Shown here: positions 24,701 to 37,036 of the stretch, piece by piece
Layout: every line of letters starts with the position of its first letter
Position numbering within the stretch: the first letter of the stretch is position 1
Assembly (NCBI RefSeq): GCF_000281045.1
Contig: NW_008246073.1
Coordinates: 45,184-109,183 of the forward strand
Direction of reading: 5' to 3'
DNA length: 64,000 nucleotides
Source: Saprolegnia diclina VS20
Lineage: Eukaryota
Made by a program: the position numbers and the translations under genes
Notes under the pieces: generated by a model
Seen by the model: only the letters and a program-made list of their open reading frames with translations
What the model was told of the DNA's origin: nothing
Database searches by the model: none

Positions 24701-26284
24701 ATTCCGCGGATGCTGTTTGGCCTCGGGAAGCTCGAGATGCTCGACACATATGCGAGCAAGACGGACGACCCGGCGCTCCTCCTCTGGTGGGCGCAGTACC
24801 AAGAGTCCAACCACGAATTCGACGCCGCTGCGGTCTGCTATCGCCGCGCAAAGGACTATCTCTCGCTCGTGCGCGTGCTGTGCTTCAAGAAGGACTTTGA
24901 CGCGGCCGGTCAAGTCGTCGCCAACACCAACAACCGCGCGGCCGCGTACCACTTGGCGCGCCAATTCGAGGCCCACGACGACGTCGGCAAGGCGATTCAG
25001 TTTTACGCGCTCAGCGGCAGCTACGGCCACGCGATCCGGCTCAGCCGCGAACACAACCTCGACGGCGACCTCATGCAGTACGCGCTATTGAGCAAGCCGG
25101 GTCCGATGCTCGAATGTGCCCAGTACTTTGAAGCCAAAGGCGAGCACGAAAAGGCTGTCGCGTTGTACCACAAGGGCGGCTATGTGGCCAAGGCGCTCGA
25201 GCTCTGCTTCCAAGCGTCGCTCTTTGACGAGCTGCACACGATCGCGGACGAGCTCGGCGCCGCGACCGGCACGTCGCCGGCGATTTTAAGCAAGTGCGCC
25301 GACTTCTTTGCCCAGAACGGACAGCACGCCAAGGCCGTGCCGCTACTCATTTTGGCGCAGCGCGTGCCGGACGCACTCGACATGTGCGTGGCCCACAAGG
25401 TCAAGATCACCGAGGAGATGGCCGAGAAGCTCACACCGCCGAAGCCCGACGACGACCCGGCCGGCACAAAGCGCCGAAACGAGCTGTTGATGAAGATCGC
25501 CAAATGCTGCAAGCACCAAGGCTCGTACCACTTAGCGACCAAGAAGTATACGCAAGCTGGCGCCAAACTCAAAGCGATGAAGTGTCTCCTCAAGTCGGGC
25601 GACACGGAGAAGGTCATCTTCTTCGCCAACGTCTCGCGCAACAATGACATTTATGTGCTCGCAGCCAACTACCTCCAGACGCTCAATTGGGCGAAGGACT
25701 CGGACTTGGCCAAAAACATTGTGGGCTTCTACACCAAAGCCAAAGCGTTCGAGGCGCTGACGGGCTTTTACGAAGCCAACGCCAACGTCGAGATTGACGA
25801 CGCCAAGGACTACACAAAAGCCCAAACGTACCTCGCGGAAGCTGCCAAAGTGCTTGCCAAAGCCACGAGCGCTGGCAAGGACAAGCGACTTGCCCAGCTG
25901 GAGCGCCGTGGGCAACTCATGGCGGCGTTCGCCGATGCGCAGAGCGCGGCCAAGGCGGACCCGACCGAGATGGTGCGCCTCGTCCACGCACTGCTGGAAG
26001 AGCCGGACGTCGACTCGGCCGTCCGACTCGGCGACGCATTTGGGCTCCTGGTGCAACAGGCGTACGCGAGCGGCGACAAGGACCAGGTCGCCGAGCTATT
26101 GGATGCGATGCGCAGCCGCAACATTCCGCTCAAGGGGTATGTGTCGAGCAAGATCCTCAACGACGTGCCGCTTCCGACCAAGAGCCGCCCGGAAGCCAAG
26201 GACGACGACGGCGGCAAGAACGACGACGAAGAACTCGACGAAGACATTGCGGACGAAGCCGACGCGAGTCCCCGCCGAAAGTAA
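21706..26284 (+). CDS. IFT140: Intraflagellar transport protein 140 (WD40 + TPR)
   Basis: MALFYDY start, WD40 exons, then MRDFVGL..IGNMDEAYRSVK..VWENMAHMCVKTKRLDVA, KKYTQAG.KLKAMKCLLKSGDTEK..FFAN.SR. Confidence 0.96.
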
Positions 26285-26557
26285 CTCGACTGTGAATATT
26301 ATGCAACTCCACAACTTCGTTGGCGTGTGGCGGGCATCGGTCTGAACGGGTTGGTCGACTTGGTTTGCTCCTTGGCTCACACCAGGGTGTCAGGAGCATG
26401 GTTTAGAGCTGCTAGGGCTAGGTATTTCGCTGACGAAACGGCGCCTAAGGACAATCTGGCCGCAGTTGGTCTGGTAGCAGTGAAGACAAGGGTCAATAAT
26501 CTGATTATTGACCCTTGGTGAAGATGATTCGCATTGTGGCCAAACCCCACGCAGATA

Positions 26558-26603
26558 TGGTTGCCAATCACGATGCAACATGGTAGCCAATCACGATGCA
26601 GCA
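26558..26603 (+). promoter_or_regulatory. Tandem 23-bp duplication carrying two CCAAT boxes
   Basis: TGGTTGCCAATCACGATGCAACA / TGGTAGCCAATCACGATGCAGCA, about 100-140 bp upstream of the ATG at 26702. Confidence 0.5.
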
Positions 26604-26701
26604 GAATGGTGGTCACTCCGATTGGGTCCATTGTCAGGGGCGTCATCATGGCGCTGCCAAATCAAATTGAGGAAGTCATTTTCGATCTTGCCTTGCACAC
26701 G

Positions 26702-27709
26702 ATGACCACCCGCATCTACAAAGCTCCGACGTCCATGACCGCGCTGCTTGCTGCTCCCAAAGGCACCGTCGAGCACTACGACGGCGAGGCGTTCCTTCTC
26801 CACGTGTTCTGGCGCGCGCCCGACCTCGACGCAGCCCGCCGACTCCTCGCCGCCCTCGCTGCCTGCGCCCGTGCCACGCACCGCGACACGCCGTGCGTAC
26901 CGACCTACTTTTTTCGCCTTTCGTCCATGATCCCGCCCGCTCCCATGGCCTTGACGGCCGGCGAGCACCCGTGGCTGAGCGCCGCCGTCAAGAAATTGCA
27001 GGTTGGTGTCCACCGCGCCGCCGTCGAGGCCGACCTGCGCAAATACGGGCTCGATATGAATCGCTTGGACTTGTCCCCCGACGCGTCGTTGCCGGAATCG
27101 CTGCAGCAGTCGCCGGTCTGGGTCGAGTTCACCGAGGTGTATCTGGACGAGCGCGCCTTCATCGAGCACGCCGGCTCGCGCGACTACTTGGACGCATACG
27201 GGCGCATCATGGACCCGGCGTGCATGCTTGGGGCGCCGACGACGATGCGCCTCGGCGACCCGGTCGAGTCAGTCGTGGCGATTTTGGAGCCGATCCTCAA
27301 GGAGCGAGTGGCGCCCATGGACCCGCGCTTGTCGCTGTGGCGCGCCCCGACCTCGACAGCGCGCCCCGCCTTTGTCTCACTCGACTTTGCGACGGCTCAA
27401 GTTGACGTACCGCCGCTCTGGACGGCGCTGTGCACGACGTGCGTGCTCTTCCAGCACCCAGTTTGCGACGGCCGGACGCGGCTGCTGAGCGTCCTCACCC
27501 ACACACCGAACCTCATCGCGCTTCAATCTGTGGCCGAGCTCGCGCCGGTGGTCGGCCAAGTGCACGTCGATGGCCCGCCTGACGACATGGTCGCGTTGCT
27601 GGAGGCAGCAGGGCTCTCGAGTATCATTGAAGTGAACGGAGAAGCCGTCGGGCACATTTTGCACGAACGCGCGCCAGAGCTGCGCGCCGTCGCGTCGTAC
27701 ACCGAGTAG
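26702..27709 (+). CDS. Hypothetical protein, possible ABM-like dimeric alpha+beta barrel
   Basis: Intronless 335-aa ORF with host-like codon bias. FLLHVFW...ATHRDTPCVPTYFF and EFTEVYLDERAFIEH resemble the ABM E.Y.D..A...H pattern. Confidence 0.65.
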   Translation: MTTRIYKAPTSMTALLAAPKGTVEHYDGEAFLLHVFWRAPDLDAARRLLAALAACARATHRDTPCVPTYFFRLSSMIPPAPMALTAGEHPWLSAAVKKLQVGVHRAAVEADLRKYGLDMNRLDLSPDASLPESLQQSPVWVEFTEVYLDERAFIEHAGSRDYLDAYGRIMDPACMLGAPTTMRLGDPVESVVAILEPILKERVAPMDPRLSLWRAPTSTARPAFVSLDFATAQVDVPPLWTALCTTCVLFQHPVCDGRTRLLSVLTHTPNLIALQSVAELAPVVGQVHVDGPPDDMVALLEAAGLSSIIEVNGEAVGHILHERAPELRAVASYTE

Positions 27710-27720
27710 ACTTACGGCTT

Positions 27721-28775
27721 TTATTGGATGTAGCACGACGCATCGGTGACGTTCGGCTTGCACGGTGAAAACAATACATTTATTATACTACTCTGAAAAC
27801 TCGCCATCTTCGTCGTCATTGCGGACACAAGAGTACGTACCGCAAGAACCACGAGACCATAGAGAATAAACCACGGCAGAATGATGTACACGGCCGAGAA
27901 CGTGGCTGACGCAAGCCGAACAAGGAACAGTACTTGCAAAAAGAGCCCAAAAACGAGACTCGCGAGGCCGGTCTAGCGCATGTATAGCGAGTTATGTCTA
28001 TAGCACGCGATGCACCGGAGAAACACCTACGACAGTATTGGCGAATCAATACTACAGTTTTCGTAAGCGTCATCGATAGATGGAGGCGTACGAGGAAAAA
28101 GAACGCGGCCGCGACGGCACGTCAGAAATTGGACTTTCAACCACGACGAATTGGTGTGGTGGTCCAGTTTTCGCGCCACAAAAGTGAGTTGAAGCGCTAG
28201 GGAAGCATTGCCGGCAAAGCTACCCCAGTCGAGCAAGGAGACGTAGATCGGAATAATAATGCAGATCCAGGACCAGTCCACAAGGTCGTCGAGGCGCAGC
28301 ACGACAAAGAGATGCAACACAAATCCGCAGAGCCACGTCAGAGTGCCATTGCTAAGCAGAGAGCGAGTTACTCGTCTCTATCGTGCGTTCCGTTTCCACG
28401 TACCAGGAGACAAACACCATCACGGTGGCCCAGTCCCAGTCGATCGAATCGTCGACCTTCCAGTAGACAAACACTAAGAACACAAGACTTATCAGTCGAG
28501 AAAGAGAAGAATGGAAGAGAAAGGGCCGTACGCGGTGTGAGGATGACGGGCAAGAGCAGCTAGAGGCCGCCAAGCACGAGACAGAGGCGCACGCAAACGG
28601 ACTCGGCCTCGCGCAAAAGCTTGTCGTAGCTGCGTATCATGTACCCGAGCGGGCCGCGCCGCGCTTTCGCAGATTCCAAGAACATGCCAGCGTACGTGCC
28701 CTCACGCACACATGTCACGCCGGCCGAGATCTTGGCGTATGAGCCGGCGCGCGTAATTGATGTGAACGGCGCCAT
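27721..28775 (-). CDS. TMEM185/FAM11-like multipass membrane protein (exons uncertain, possibly degenerate)
   Basis: Repeated KVDDSIDWDWATVMV, LRLDDLVDWSWICIIIPIY and VRLASATFSAVYIILPW motifs in separate minus-strand ORFs. Confidence 0.55.
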
Positions 28776-29020
28776 GGCTTTTGAAAAATGCGGATTGGGA
28801 TCACGGCCTGCCACGTGGTACGTCGTGTGTTTTTAGTCTGCAGTAGTCTCTATAGGCTTTGTATCACTAGACCAACGCAATCTACCCTCCGTTTCTTAAA
28901 CAAGCTGCCACGTGCCGGCAATGGAGTCGGACTCATCGCGGGCCATGATCGCGGGCAGCATGAGTTGTCCTTTGAAGCTTTAACCAACACCGAGCAGTGA
29001 ACTTGATAGGATCGTCCAGT

Positions 29021-29547
29021 ATACACTTTTGCAACTTGACGTTTGCCTGCGTTTAGAGGTCTCGAGCGCTGGTAATATGCACGTAGGATATTGCATGCGT
29101 CGTTGGTCCTGAGAGTGTAGTACCAACGCCCGAGACCTTCATACGCAGTCAAACGTCAAGTTAGAAAAGTGTATGTGATGTTTCTTGTTTTTACGAGTTT
29201 CATTTGTAGCCAATTGGAAGCAGTTTGGATGTATGGAGCACTACGCCACGCTCCATCGATGCATGCAACGTCCTGCGAATTTAGTACGAACGCCCGAGAC
29301 CTTCAAACGCAGTCAAAATGTTTCTTCTCTTTTTGCAACTTGCCGTTTGCTTGTCTTTAAAGGTCTCGGGTGTTCGTCCTATATTCGCAGGAAATTGCAT
29401 GCGTCGTTGGTTCGTGACGTAGAGCTCCATACATCTAAATTGCTTCCAATTGGCTACAAATGAAACTCGTAAAAAGACGAAACATGACATACACTTTTGC
29501 AACTTGACGTTTGCCTGCGTTTAGAGGTCTCGAGCGCTGGTAATATG
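29021..29547. repeat. Foldback-like repeat built from a 164-bp unit in both orientations
   Basis: 29021-29079 = 29489-29547 (59 bp identical). CGCCCGAGACCTTCA at 29127 and 29291. TTTTGCAACTTG at 29331 and 29495. About 29125-29320 is an imperfect reverse complement of about 29345-29540. Confidence 0.85.
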
Positions 29548-30089
29548 TGTTGTGCTGTCGGGGTTGAATGCCGACGCAAGGTCTGCGCCTGAGGAGGATG
29601 CACCGCTCTTCACAGACAAAACGAAAAACTGAATTGGATGGCTGTCCACTCGGAGTTGAGACAATCTGCCAGTGAATAGGAAGGCAGGACGGCCATGGAC
29701 CTCCACGTCGACACAGCATTCCCCCATGTATAACACGACCCCGGGGTGAGCCGCGCGAAGAGCAGAATGCATCTTGGCGACATTGACAGGCGGCAGAGCG
29801 AAGGAAAACCGCCATGATCTTGGGTACGTCCGTGGCCATGTCAGCCGCAGGTTCCCACGAAGCCTCGAGGACGTCGAGACCGAGCTACTTGACTTGAACT
29901 CGCCACTGTGAGCCCCATACACTAATGATTTAACGGAAGGTACTCTACGGCAAGCTTCGCAACTTACCTCGAGCTAACAATATTTCGAATTTATAATTCT
30001 GGTTTTGGTCCCTGTCTCTTCCACCCCTCGAACATATATTGCAGTGAACACAGAGTCAACAGACAACACCATGTAGAAGTGTCAAGCGC

Positions 30090-30617
30090 TTAGGCGACGA
30101 TATGCCATAGGATCGCAAGCGCGACAAGGGCGAGGAATGGTCCCCATGTAAGCAGCGCGCCCTTGGCGTTGACAAACGAGCCGCAAAACAGCACGTAGAA
30201 GCAGAGGTAGATCATGTTCCAGCCGCCAGAGGGGCGTGGAAAGCCCATAGACTCCAAGCAGCGCGCGACGTGCGAGTGGCAGTTGTCGCAGCAAATGTTG
30301 TGCATGCGCTTGCAGTAGACTGCGCAGCCGGCGCGGACGCCGTCGTCCCAGTCGTCGGCCGAGAGGCTCTCGGGCAGCGAGAGGCGAAGGTACCGCGTCG
30401 GCCGCCCAAAGGCAAAATCGTCTTCGCCAATGTGGTACGGGCCGGCAAAGTCGTAAATGACGCCGTGTGAGTCACCGATGCCCATGTGCCCAATGAACGG
30501 GAGGAACCACGTGATGACCGGCAGCGGCGACCACACGATGCAGAACGGGAACCGGTCGCGAGCGACATCGATGGCCGGCGCGTCGACCGCGGCCTCGTCG
30601 TCGTGCTTCAGAGCCAT
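30090..30617 (-). CDS. TMEM222: TMEM222 / RTE1-like protein
   Basis: RFPFCIVWSPLPVITWFLPFIGHMGI..DFAGPY..FAFGRPTRY..HNICCDNCHSHVA. Confidence 0.92.
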   Translation of the reverse strand: MALKHDDEAAVDAPAIDVARDRFPFCIVWSPLPVITWFLPFIGHMGIGDSHGVIYDFAGPYHIGEDDFAFGRPTRYLRLSLPESLSADDWDDGVRAGCAVYCKRMHNICCDNCHSHVARCLESMGFPRPSGGWNMIYLCFYVLFCGSFVNAKGALLTWGPFLALVALAILWHIVA

Positions 30618-30931
30618 TGTGCAAACTAGCGTATCCGGCGGTCTGACCACGGTAACCGGATTTATACGGTTCGCAAGTGGAACCGGTTACGATGCGGTTC
30701 TGAGCCCTCAAATCTAATGAAATACGGCGCTCCCACCATTTCGACACGCTGGCTTTTTGGCACAGTGCCACACGCAAGAGATAGCGCCAGTAGGACGGGC
30801 GCACGACCTGCACCGTTGCCATTGAGCAAACCTCTTGCGCTGTTCAGCAAGGTGGTGTGGACATCAGTTTTGCAAGGATGAGTTCGTTATATCCTTGTCG
30901 TACAAAAGCAGAGTCCAATGACGTGTTGTTT

Positions 30932-31765
30932 TTATGAAGCGATTTGAATCGAGTCGAGGTCCGCGGTGCTGACGGGCAGTGGCTCGGCAAGGTTGGGGGG
31001 CGTCGTCATAAGCGACGGCTTGAGCTTACGCTTGAGCACGCTGAGAAGGTACGCGACACCAAAGAGGATGAAGTGACCAACGAGCACGCCAATGTACCAG
31101 CCTATCGCGCTGGTCTTGTCGAGGTCCAGAAACTTGTACGGCCACGACCCGAGCCACGTGGCGTACGAGAGGCAGGCCCAAGCCGCGTAGAGCGCCGGCC
31201 AGAGCAGACACGCATACACGATGCTGGCTTTGCCGACGTAAAAGTCGTTGGCGGCAAACTCTAGCAGCAAGAGCACGTTGTTGACGGCGTGCTCGGAGAC
31301 CGAGTAGGGCGAGAGGGCATAGCCAGGCCCGTAGAGCAATGCCCAAAAGACAATAAGAACAACAAAGCTCACGGGGAGGACCCAGCCAAAGAGGGTGTTG
31401 AGCGTTCGGAGCTCGGACGTCACAAGGATCGGCGCCTTGGCCGGCAGCATCGCGAGCCGAAGCGAGAACGTCGTCGCCCACACAAAGTAAACGAGCTGCA
31501 GTGTAAAGTTCCAGATCGTATAGTACTTGTAGATCGAGAACCCATTTTCGACGAGCTCGAGAAGTAAGATGACGATGTAAAAGATGCTGCAACCGCCACG
31601 GTAGATGGTCGCCAGCACGGGTTGCGCTCTTGACGGATAGGCAAAGTAAGTGTCGCCCACAGGTGCTTGGCGGCGGCAGTGGCGGTATAGGATGTACGCG
31701 AGGCTGCCCGCGACAACGACACCGATAAAGACGCCAACGAGGATCGCTTGGAGCACGAGGACCAT
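30932..31765 (-). CDS. Multipass membrane protein, FAR-17a/AIG1 / rolling-stone-like
   Basis: KYYTIWN (conserved Thr), FWALL, HAVN (conserved His) and WPYKFLD. About 7 hydrophobic segments. Confidence 0.75.
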   Translation of the reverse strand: MVLVLQAILVGVFIGVVVAGSLAYILYRHCRRQAPVGDTYFAYPSRAQPVLATIYRGGCSIFYIVILLLELVENGFSIYKYYTIWNFTLQLVYFVWATTFSLRLAMLPAKAPILVTSELRTLNTLFGWVLPVSFVVLIVFWALLYGPGYALSPYSVSEHAVNNVLLLLEFAANDFYVGKASIVYACLLWPALYAAWACLSYATWLGSWPYKFLDLDKTSAIGWYIGVLVGHFILFGVAYLLSVLKRKLKPSLMTTPPNLAEPLPVSTADLDSIQIAS

Positions 31766-32239
31766 GACTGTCGGTTGTTTTGTGTCAGCCGTCAAGTGGC
31801 GCTAATTTAGAACGCATCAAAATATAGACCGCTGGCGTTGAGACAACCACTTGCTCGTTTGTTGGTATTGGCCGAAGGTTCCGTGCACTCGAGTTCGATT
31901 ACGAAGGAGATTCCTAGCCCACCTTGGCCACTCAACTGCTGGGTTACTGGTATACGAGTCGAGTCACATAGTCGCAAGACAATGACATCATGGGCTGGCA
32001 TCGCGCAATCGAACCTCCGCGTTACGAGCGCACATAAAGAACATTCAAAGCCACTGCCGGTGGCACCAGCCCGGCAGCGACATGTGCATCTCGAGGATCT
32101 ATGGAGGTGCGGCTTGGCGGCCAAGCTTCCACTCCACTGATGACGCGAAGTCGTGGCGGGAGACCGGAAAGATCGCAGTACGGATAATTTTGGGCGTGTA
32201 TCCGGAAGTGCAAAGTGATTGGCGCAGAGATTATTCAAC

Positions 32240-32746
32240 ATGGCGACGCTGCGAGCCCGCGCGCAGCAGGAGAAGGTCCAGGCTCGGCCGCGCGACCTCT
32301 TCCTACCGTTTACACCCATGGAGAAGGAGGAAGCGGAAATCCTTGTGGACCGTGTGGCCAAAGAAGCCGGTGCGCTCGTCCTGAACGAGCCGACCAAGTC
32401 GCTTCTCAAGCCGCTGCGGCCAATTGCGATTGGTGTCAACGAAGTCTCGCGGCTCCTCGAGCACCGCCTCGCGCGTGTTGTCGTCATGTCCTCGGATGCG
32501 CCGGTGCTTGGCATGTGCAGCCATGTGGCTGTCATGGCGGTTCAGCTTAACGTCCCGATCTGCGTCGTTCCGCTCACGTCCGCTGCGCTTGGCGCGATTT
32601 TCAAGCTCAAGCAAGTGTCCGTCTTTGGCTTTCGTACTCTTCCAATGGACGCCAATAACGTCGCAGAGCTGGAGGATGCTCTTGTGCAGCTGCGATCGAT
32701 CCAAGACTTTGTCGTGGCCAAGGCGTCGCCGGTTGCGCACACGTAG
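32240..32746 (+). CDS. L7Ae-family RNA-binding protein (RNase P/MRP RPP38/Pop3-like)
   Basis: IAIGVNEVSRLLE...HVAVMA...VP....SAALG.IFKLK..SVFGF. Confidence 0.75.
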   Translation: MATLRARAQQEKVQARPRDLFLPFTPMEKEEAEILVDRVAKEAGALVLNEPTKSLLKPLRPIAIGVNEVSRLLEHRLARVVVMSSDAPVLGMCSHVAVMAVQLNVPICVVPLTSAALGAIFKLKQVSVFGFRTLPMDANNVAELEDALVQLRSIQDFVVAKASPVAHT

Positions 32747-33073
32747 AAAAGACTGCCGACGCAGCAAATTGGACTGTAGATCTGTAGTTCACGCATACGA
32801 TTGTCCATAAATATATATAATATTAGTGTACATACGACGATTACTGCTCGATTCTGTTCAAGATTTGCGTTTGGTCGGCGGCAAGCACTTTAGCGAGCGA
32901 CTTTGGCCCATGCCCGCTACACAGAGAATGTATGTTTTCACTTCAACTTTGTATCTGGAAAGTGCTTCGAAATTCGAACCAATCGAACAAAATTGGAAAA
33001 TGGATCCAGAATGCCACGTCGCTTCGAAAGATTTGGTGGCATGCAAGGACCGAGCAGCGTCAAAGCCGACAGC

Positions 33074-34119
33074 ATGAGCTCTGCCGAGACGACGTGTGAT
33101 ACGGGTGCCATGGTGTATGAGGCCATCACCGACAAGGCTGACCTGGAGGCGCGCCTCCACGAGCTCACGCGGGCCTGGGGCCTCACACCGCTCGGCGAAA
33201 ACATTGCCTACCTCTGGCTCACCAAGGCCGCGACCGACAGCACGGGGAAGCTCAGTCGCTTGCGGAAGTGGGCACTTATGCAGCTCAACCACCAGCGCCG
33301 CCCGAGCAACATGTCACCGTGGCAGCGCGGCTGCCCAAACGTGCTTCCTGGCTTGCGGGCGACGCCCGTGTGGCAGAACCACGATCTCTTTCCTTGGATC
33401 AAAACCCTCGAAGCTGCGTTTCCGCTCATTCGAAAAGAGCTTCTCGACTTGAAGAACGACCCGACGGGCTTTCAGCCGTACCGCGCGCCGACATGGGCGG
33501 GCGTTCGACCGGTGAGTGCTGCCTCGTCGTAACTTGCAGCTCAAACGTCCATTAGGCTGCAGACGGAATCGGAAGCGTTAGCCACGACGCCGGTGACTGG
33601 AATGTCTACTATTTGTTCCTCCACGACGTCGACTACGCCTCGCAGCGGGCGCGGTGCCCGATCACGACTGCGCTTCTCCAGAGCATTCCGCACCAGTACG
33701 AGCACGCCTTCTTCTCCGCACTGGCACCCAAGACGCACATCACCAAGCACCACGGCCCCACCAACAAGAAGCTGCGCGTGCACTTGCCGCTCGTTGTGCC
33801 AAGTGGCGACGCGTGTCGCCTCCGCGTCGGCGACGACGTCATTGTCGTCAAGGAAGGCGAGTGCTTTGTGTTTGACGACTCGTTTGAGCACGAGGCATGG
33901 AACGACCACGGTAGCCAAAGCCGGCTCGTGCTCGTCCTGGACGTGTGGCACCCGGACTTTTCGGCGCCCGAAGTCAAATTTTTTCAATTTCTTCGCAAAG
34001 CTCAATTGCGTCTCGAGCGCAAGGCGAGCGAAGGCGACGCAGATGGCTTTTACCACATCCTCCAAGACGCTCACGCGCTACCGACGAACGTCGACGCTAT
34101 CTTTGCAAACGGAATTTAA
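33074..34119 (+). CDS. Aspartyl/asparaginyl beta-hydroxylase-domain protein
   Basis: PGLRATPVW, CPITTALL, FFSALAPKTHITKHHGPTN..LRVHLPL, FDDSFEHEAWN and LVLDVWHP. One intron at about 33512-33554. Confidence 0.92.
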
Positions 34120-34853
34120 AAGAAAGCGCTTGATATATTTGAAACAAGCCCAATATTGGTCGCTGATACAGCGGCAACACGAAATGACAAAATGTGCGCC
34201 GCCAGCTTGCGCCGCCCACACACGCGACAGAGCAGCTGAGCGGCGCGTGATGTGTGGTGGACGATTGCAGCGTCAGTATTTGGAGCAGAGTGCGTATTCT
34301 TGCATGGTTGGCTGCAAGTTGAACGGGCGTTCCGTTCAAGATAACCCTAACCCACCATAATTGAACCATCTGATTCAAGTCGGACATGCGATTGGCAGCT
34401 ACCAAGTAGCACTGCACAACGCTGTAAAAATGTGTGCGTTTCCTCTTGAGCACTTAGATCATTTCGCTGATGGATATCCAAGTGATAGCATATCACTTCC
34501 GCCCTGCCGCATGTATATCGACGCACTATGGTCCACAGGGAATCGTGGTCCACGAGCACTATGGTCCATACCATATGGACCATATTACAGTGTACTAATA
34601 GTATACCAGGTACTGTACATCATTTTAGTTGCGATGGAAGAACATACGAAAAGAACACTTGTTTGGTCGGGAAACCAAAATAAGAAGTGAGCTGCCTCCG
34701 CTATGCTAATATACACCTGTCGGAGAGCACAAGTATGGGTCTGTAAGTGACGGACTTGCCGTCGTGCAACCGAGCCCTGAGAGAGTGGGCGACCGATTGT
34801 GGTCGAACTGTTACTCATCCTTCTGGTTCGCACAATTGTAGCAGATGTACCTC

Positions 34854-34990
34854 GTTGTTGTTGAAGTGAGTCTATTTACATTGAATTTACACTGTAGTGC
34901 TTTTGGTAGGTGGCCTTTTGATTCGAAGCGTGTTGTGACTGGCGGCAGCGGCGAGACTAAGCCGTCGCGAGGGCGAGGCGTGTGGGTGGA
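34854..34990 (-). mobile_element. LINE 3' end with (CAA)n tail, truncated by an assembly gap
   Basis: GTTGTTGTTGAAGTGAGTCT matches the 10153 copy. 34896-34990 is nearly identical to 37037-37131. Confidence 0.65.
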
Positions 34991-35090
34991 NNNNNNNNNN
35001 NNNNNNNNNNNNNNNNNNNNNNNNNNNNNNNNNNNNNNNNNNNNNNNNNNNNNNNNNNNNNNNNNNNNNNNNNNNNNNNNNNNNNNNNNN
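34991..35090. other. Assembly gap (100 N)
   Basis: Run of N. Confidence 1.
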
Positions 35091-36656
35091 GGTGCTCACT
35101 TGAATTCGCGGAGAAGGGATATTACTTGCAACAGAGCTGCTAACAAGGGAATCAAGGCTGGCTAAGGACACAGTATTTACTTTCATGTGAACTGCATGTA
35201 CTCGTAGATGTTTGCATGCTGCAAGGCAAGGGCTTCATGCCTGAACACGGTAGCTCTCGGAAAAGCCTATTTTCAACGTTAGGTTTCGGTTTGTGGACCT
35301 CACTTGTCCCTCACGTGTCCCGGTTTTAAATTGTATTTTCCAAGATAGTGCGTATACTATTTAATTAAATATATATAGTATGATACACTGCATTTTATAG
35401 TGTGTAATCGCAAAGTTACGCTACTCATGTCAAATTTACCGTACATATACCCCGATTTATGCGGAAACACCTGATATTATGCGGATTTCTATGCGCCATG
35501 CAGAAATGGCGCTATCTCATTTGCCTAACAATGGGATACGATGAAATCTACGCTAGGAAACGTGCAACATTTGACGTAGCAACGTAAAATTTACGGTAGA
35601 AAGAGCAAGACCGTACTTATACAGGATCATTTTCTACAGTACAGTTCAGTTCTACTTTGTTTTCAAAGTTGACATCACAAATGACTTTGATGATCGTATG
35701 TGACCACGTCCGTTGACTCGGGATGTCGGCCAGAAACTCGAATTGAGTTTTGAGTTGCTGGCTCTTGATGAACGTCCACCGTTGCTATTCCAAGACGGTG
35801 TGAGCGGACGCTGGTGTTATGAGAAGTCATTTGCCTTATTTTATACTATTATTGTAAATTTCAGTCGGAATGCCCCTCGATTAAGGGCGCTTAATCGAGC
35901 TCGTTTTATTTTTAAATCGAGGCAGGCGGCGGATAGATCGAGGATGAGCTGCACGGTGCAATAAAAATACTTTTGGGAGCTTGGCCTCGTAAATCGGACT
36001 CCTCCTGATGAAACAAGCCAATCAAAAGCGTGTATTCAAAAATTAAAAGCCAAATCGTCTTATTTATATTTAGACCTATACGTATAACAGGCTTATTGGG
36101 AAATGCAGCATATAAAAATATGTAGTTTTATAGCGAGAGTAAATCGAGGCTTGAGCTTGACCAGTTCGAGCCAGTGAGAGCCATCAAGATGGCATGCATG
36201 ATGGCGCTCACGATGGACGCGCCCTGCACTATCGTCGTTCTTACTACCAGTAGCTCCCTCTGCATGCGCTGCGCCTTTAAGCTTGTCGTACATGTGGATG
36301 AGCGCATTGTCAAGGATTGAGGTAGAGCGAGGCCTCAGCCACGGGTTCAAGAACGGAGGAGTGATCTTGGTCATCATGGTGTTGTTGGCTCAGTTATGCG
36401 TGTCCCCGATGAGCTCCTATCCGCAAAAGCTTCGCAGCTCATGGCGGCGAGGACTGACACGCGCTGTCCACGAGAGAACGGAAAGCTCGACGTAGAGGCG
36501 CCCTGTGTCCGGGCCATACATGGCGTCGAAGCGCATCGCGTCCGCTTCGAGGTCTCGTGGACGAATACAAGTTGGGTCGGGCTCGAGTAGAACGGCTCGA
36601 ACGCAGTTAGTGCATTTGGACCTCGTTAGCGGAACTCTCGCGAGCTCGCTAGGACC

Positions 36657-37036
36657 NNNNNNNNNNNNNNNNNNNNNNNNNNNNNNNNNNNNNNNNNNNN
36701 NNNNNNNNNNNNNNNNNNNNNNNNNNNNNNNNNNNNNNNNNNNNNNNNNNNNNNNNNNNNNNNNNNNNNNNNNNNNNNNNNNNNNNNNNNNNNNNNNNNN
36801 NNNNNNNNNNNNNNNNNNNNNNNNNNNNNNNNNNNNNNNNNNNNNNNNNNNNNNNNNNNNNNNNNNNNNNNNNNNNNNNNNNNNNNNNNNNNNNNNNNNN
36901 NNNNNNNNNNNNNNNNNNNNNNNNNNNNNNNNNNNNNNNNNNNNNNNNNNNNNNNNNNNNNNNNNNNNNNNNNNNNNNNNNNNNNNNNNNNNNNNNNNNN
37001 NNNNNNNNNNNNNNNNNNNNNNNNNNNNNNNNNNNN
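36657..37036. other. Assembly gap (380 N)
   Basis: Run of N. Confidence 1.

Noticed and set aside
29560..29930. Minus-strand ORF fragment next to the foldback repeat
   Set aside because: No transposase or other motif recognised.
35876..35899. 10-bp hairpin CTCGATTAAG-GGCG-CTTAATCGAG followed by a T-rich run
   Set aside because: Looks like a bacterial terminator or pogo-like end, but is isolated, has no partner TIR and lies in eukaryotic DNA.
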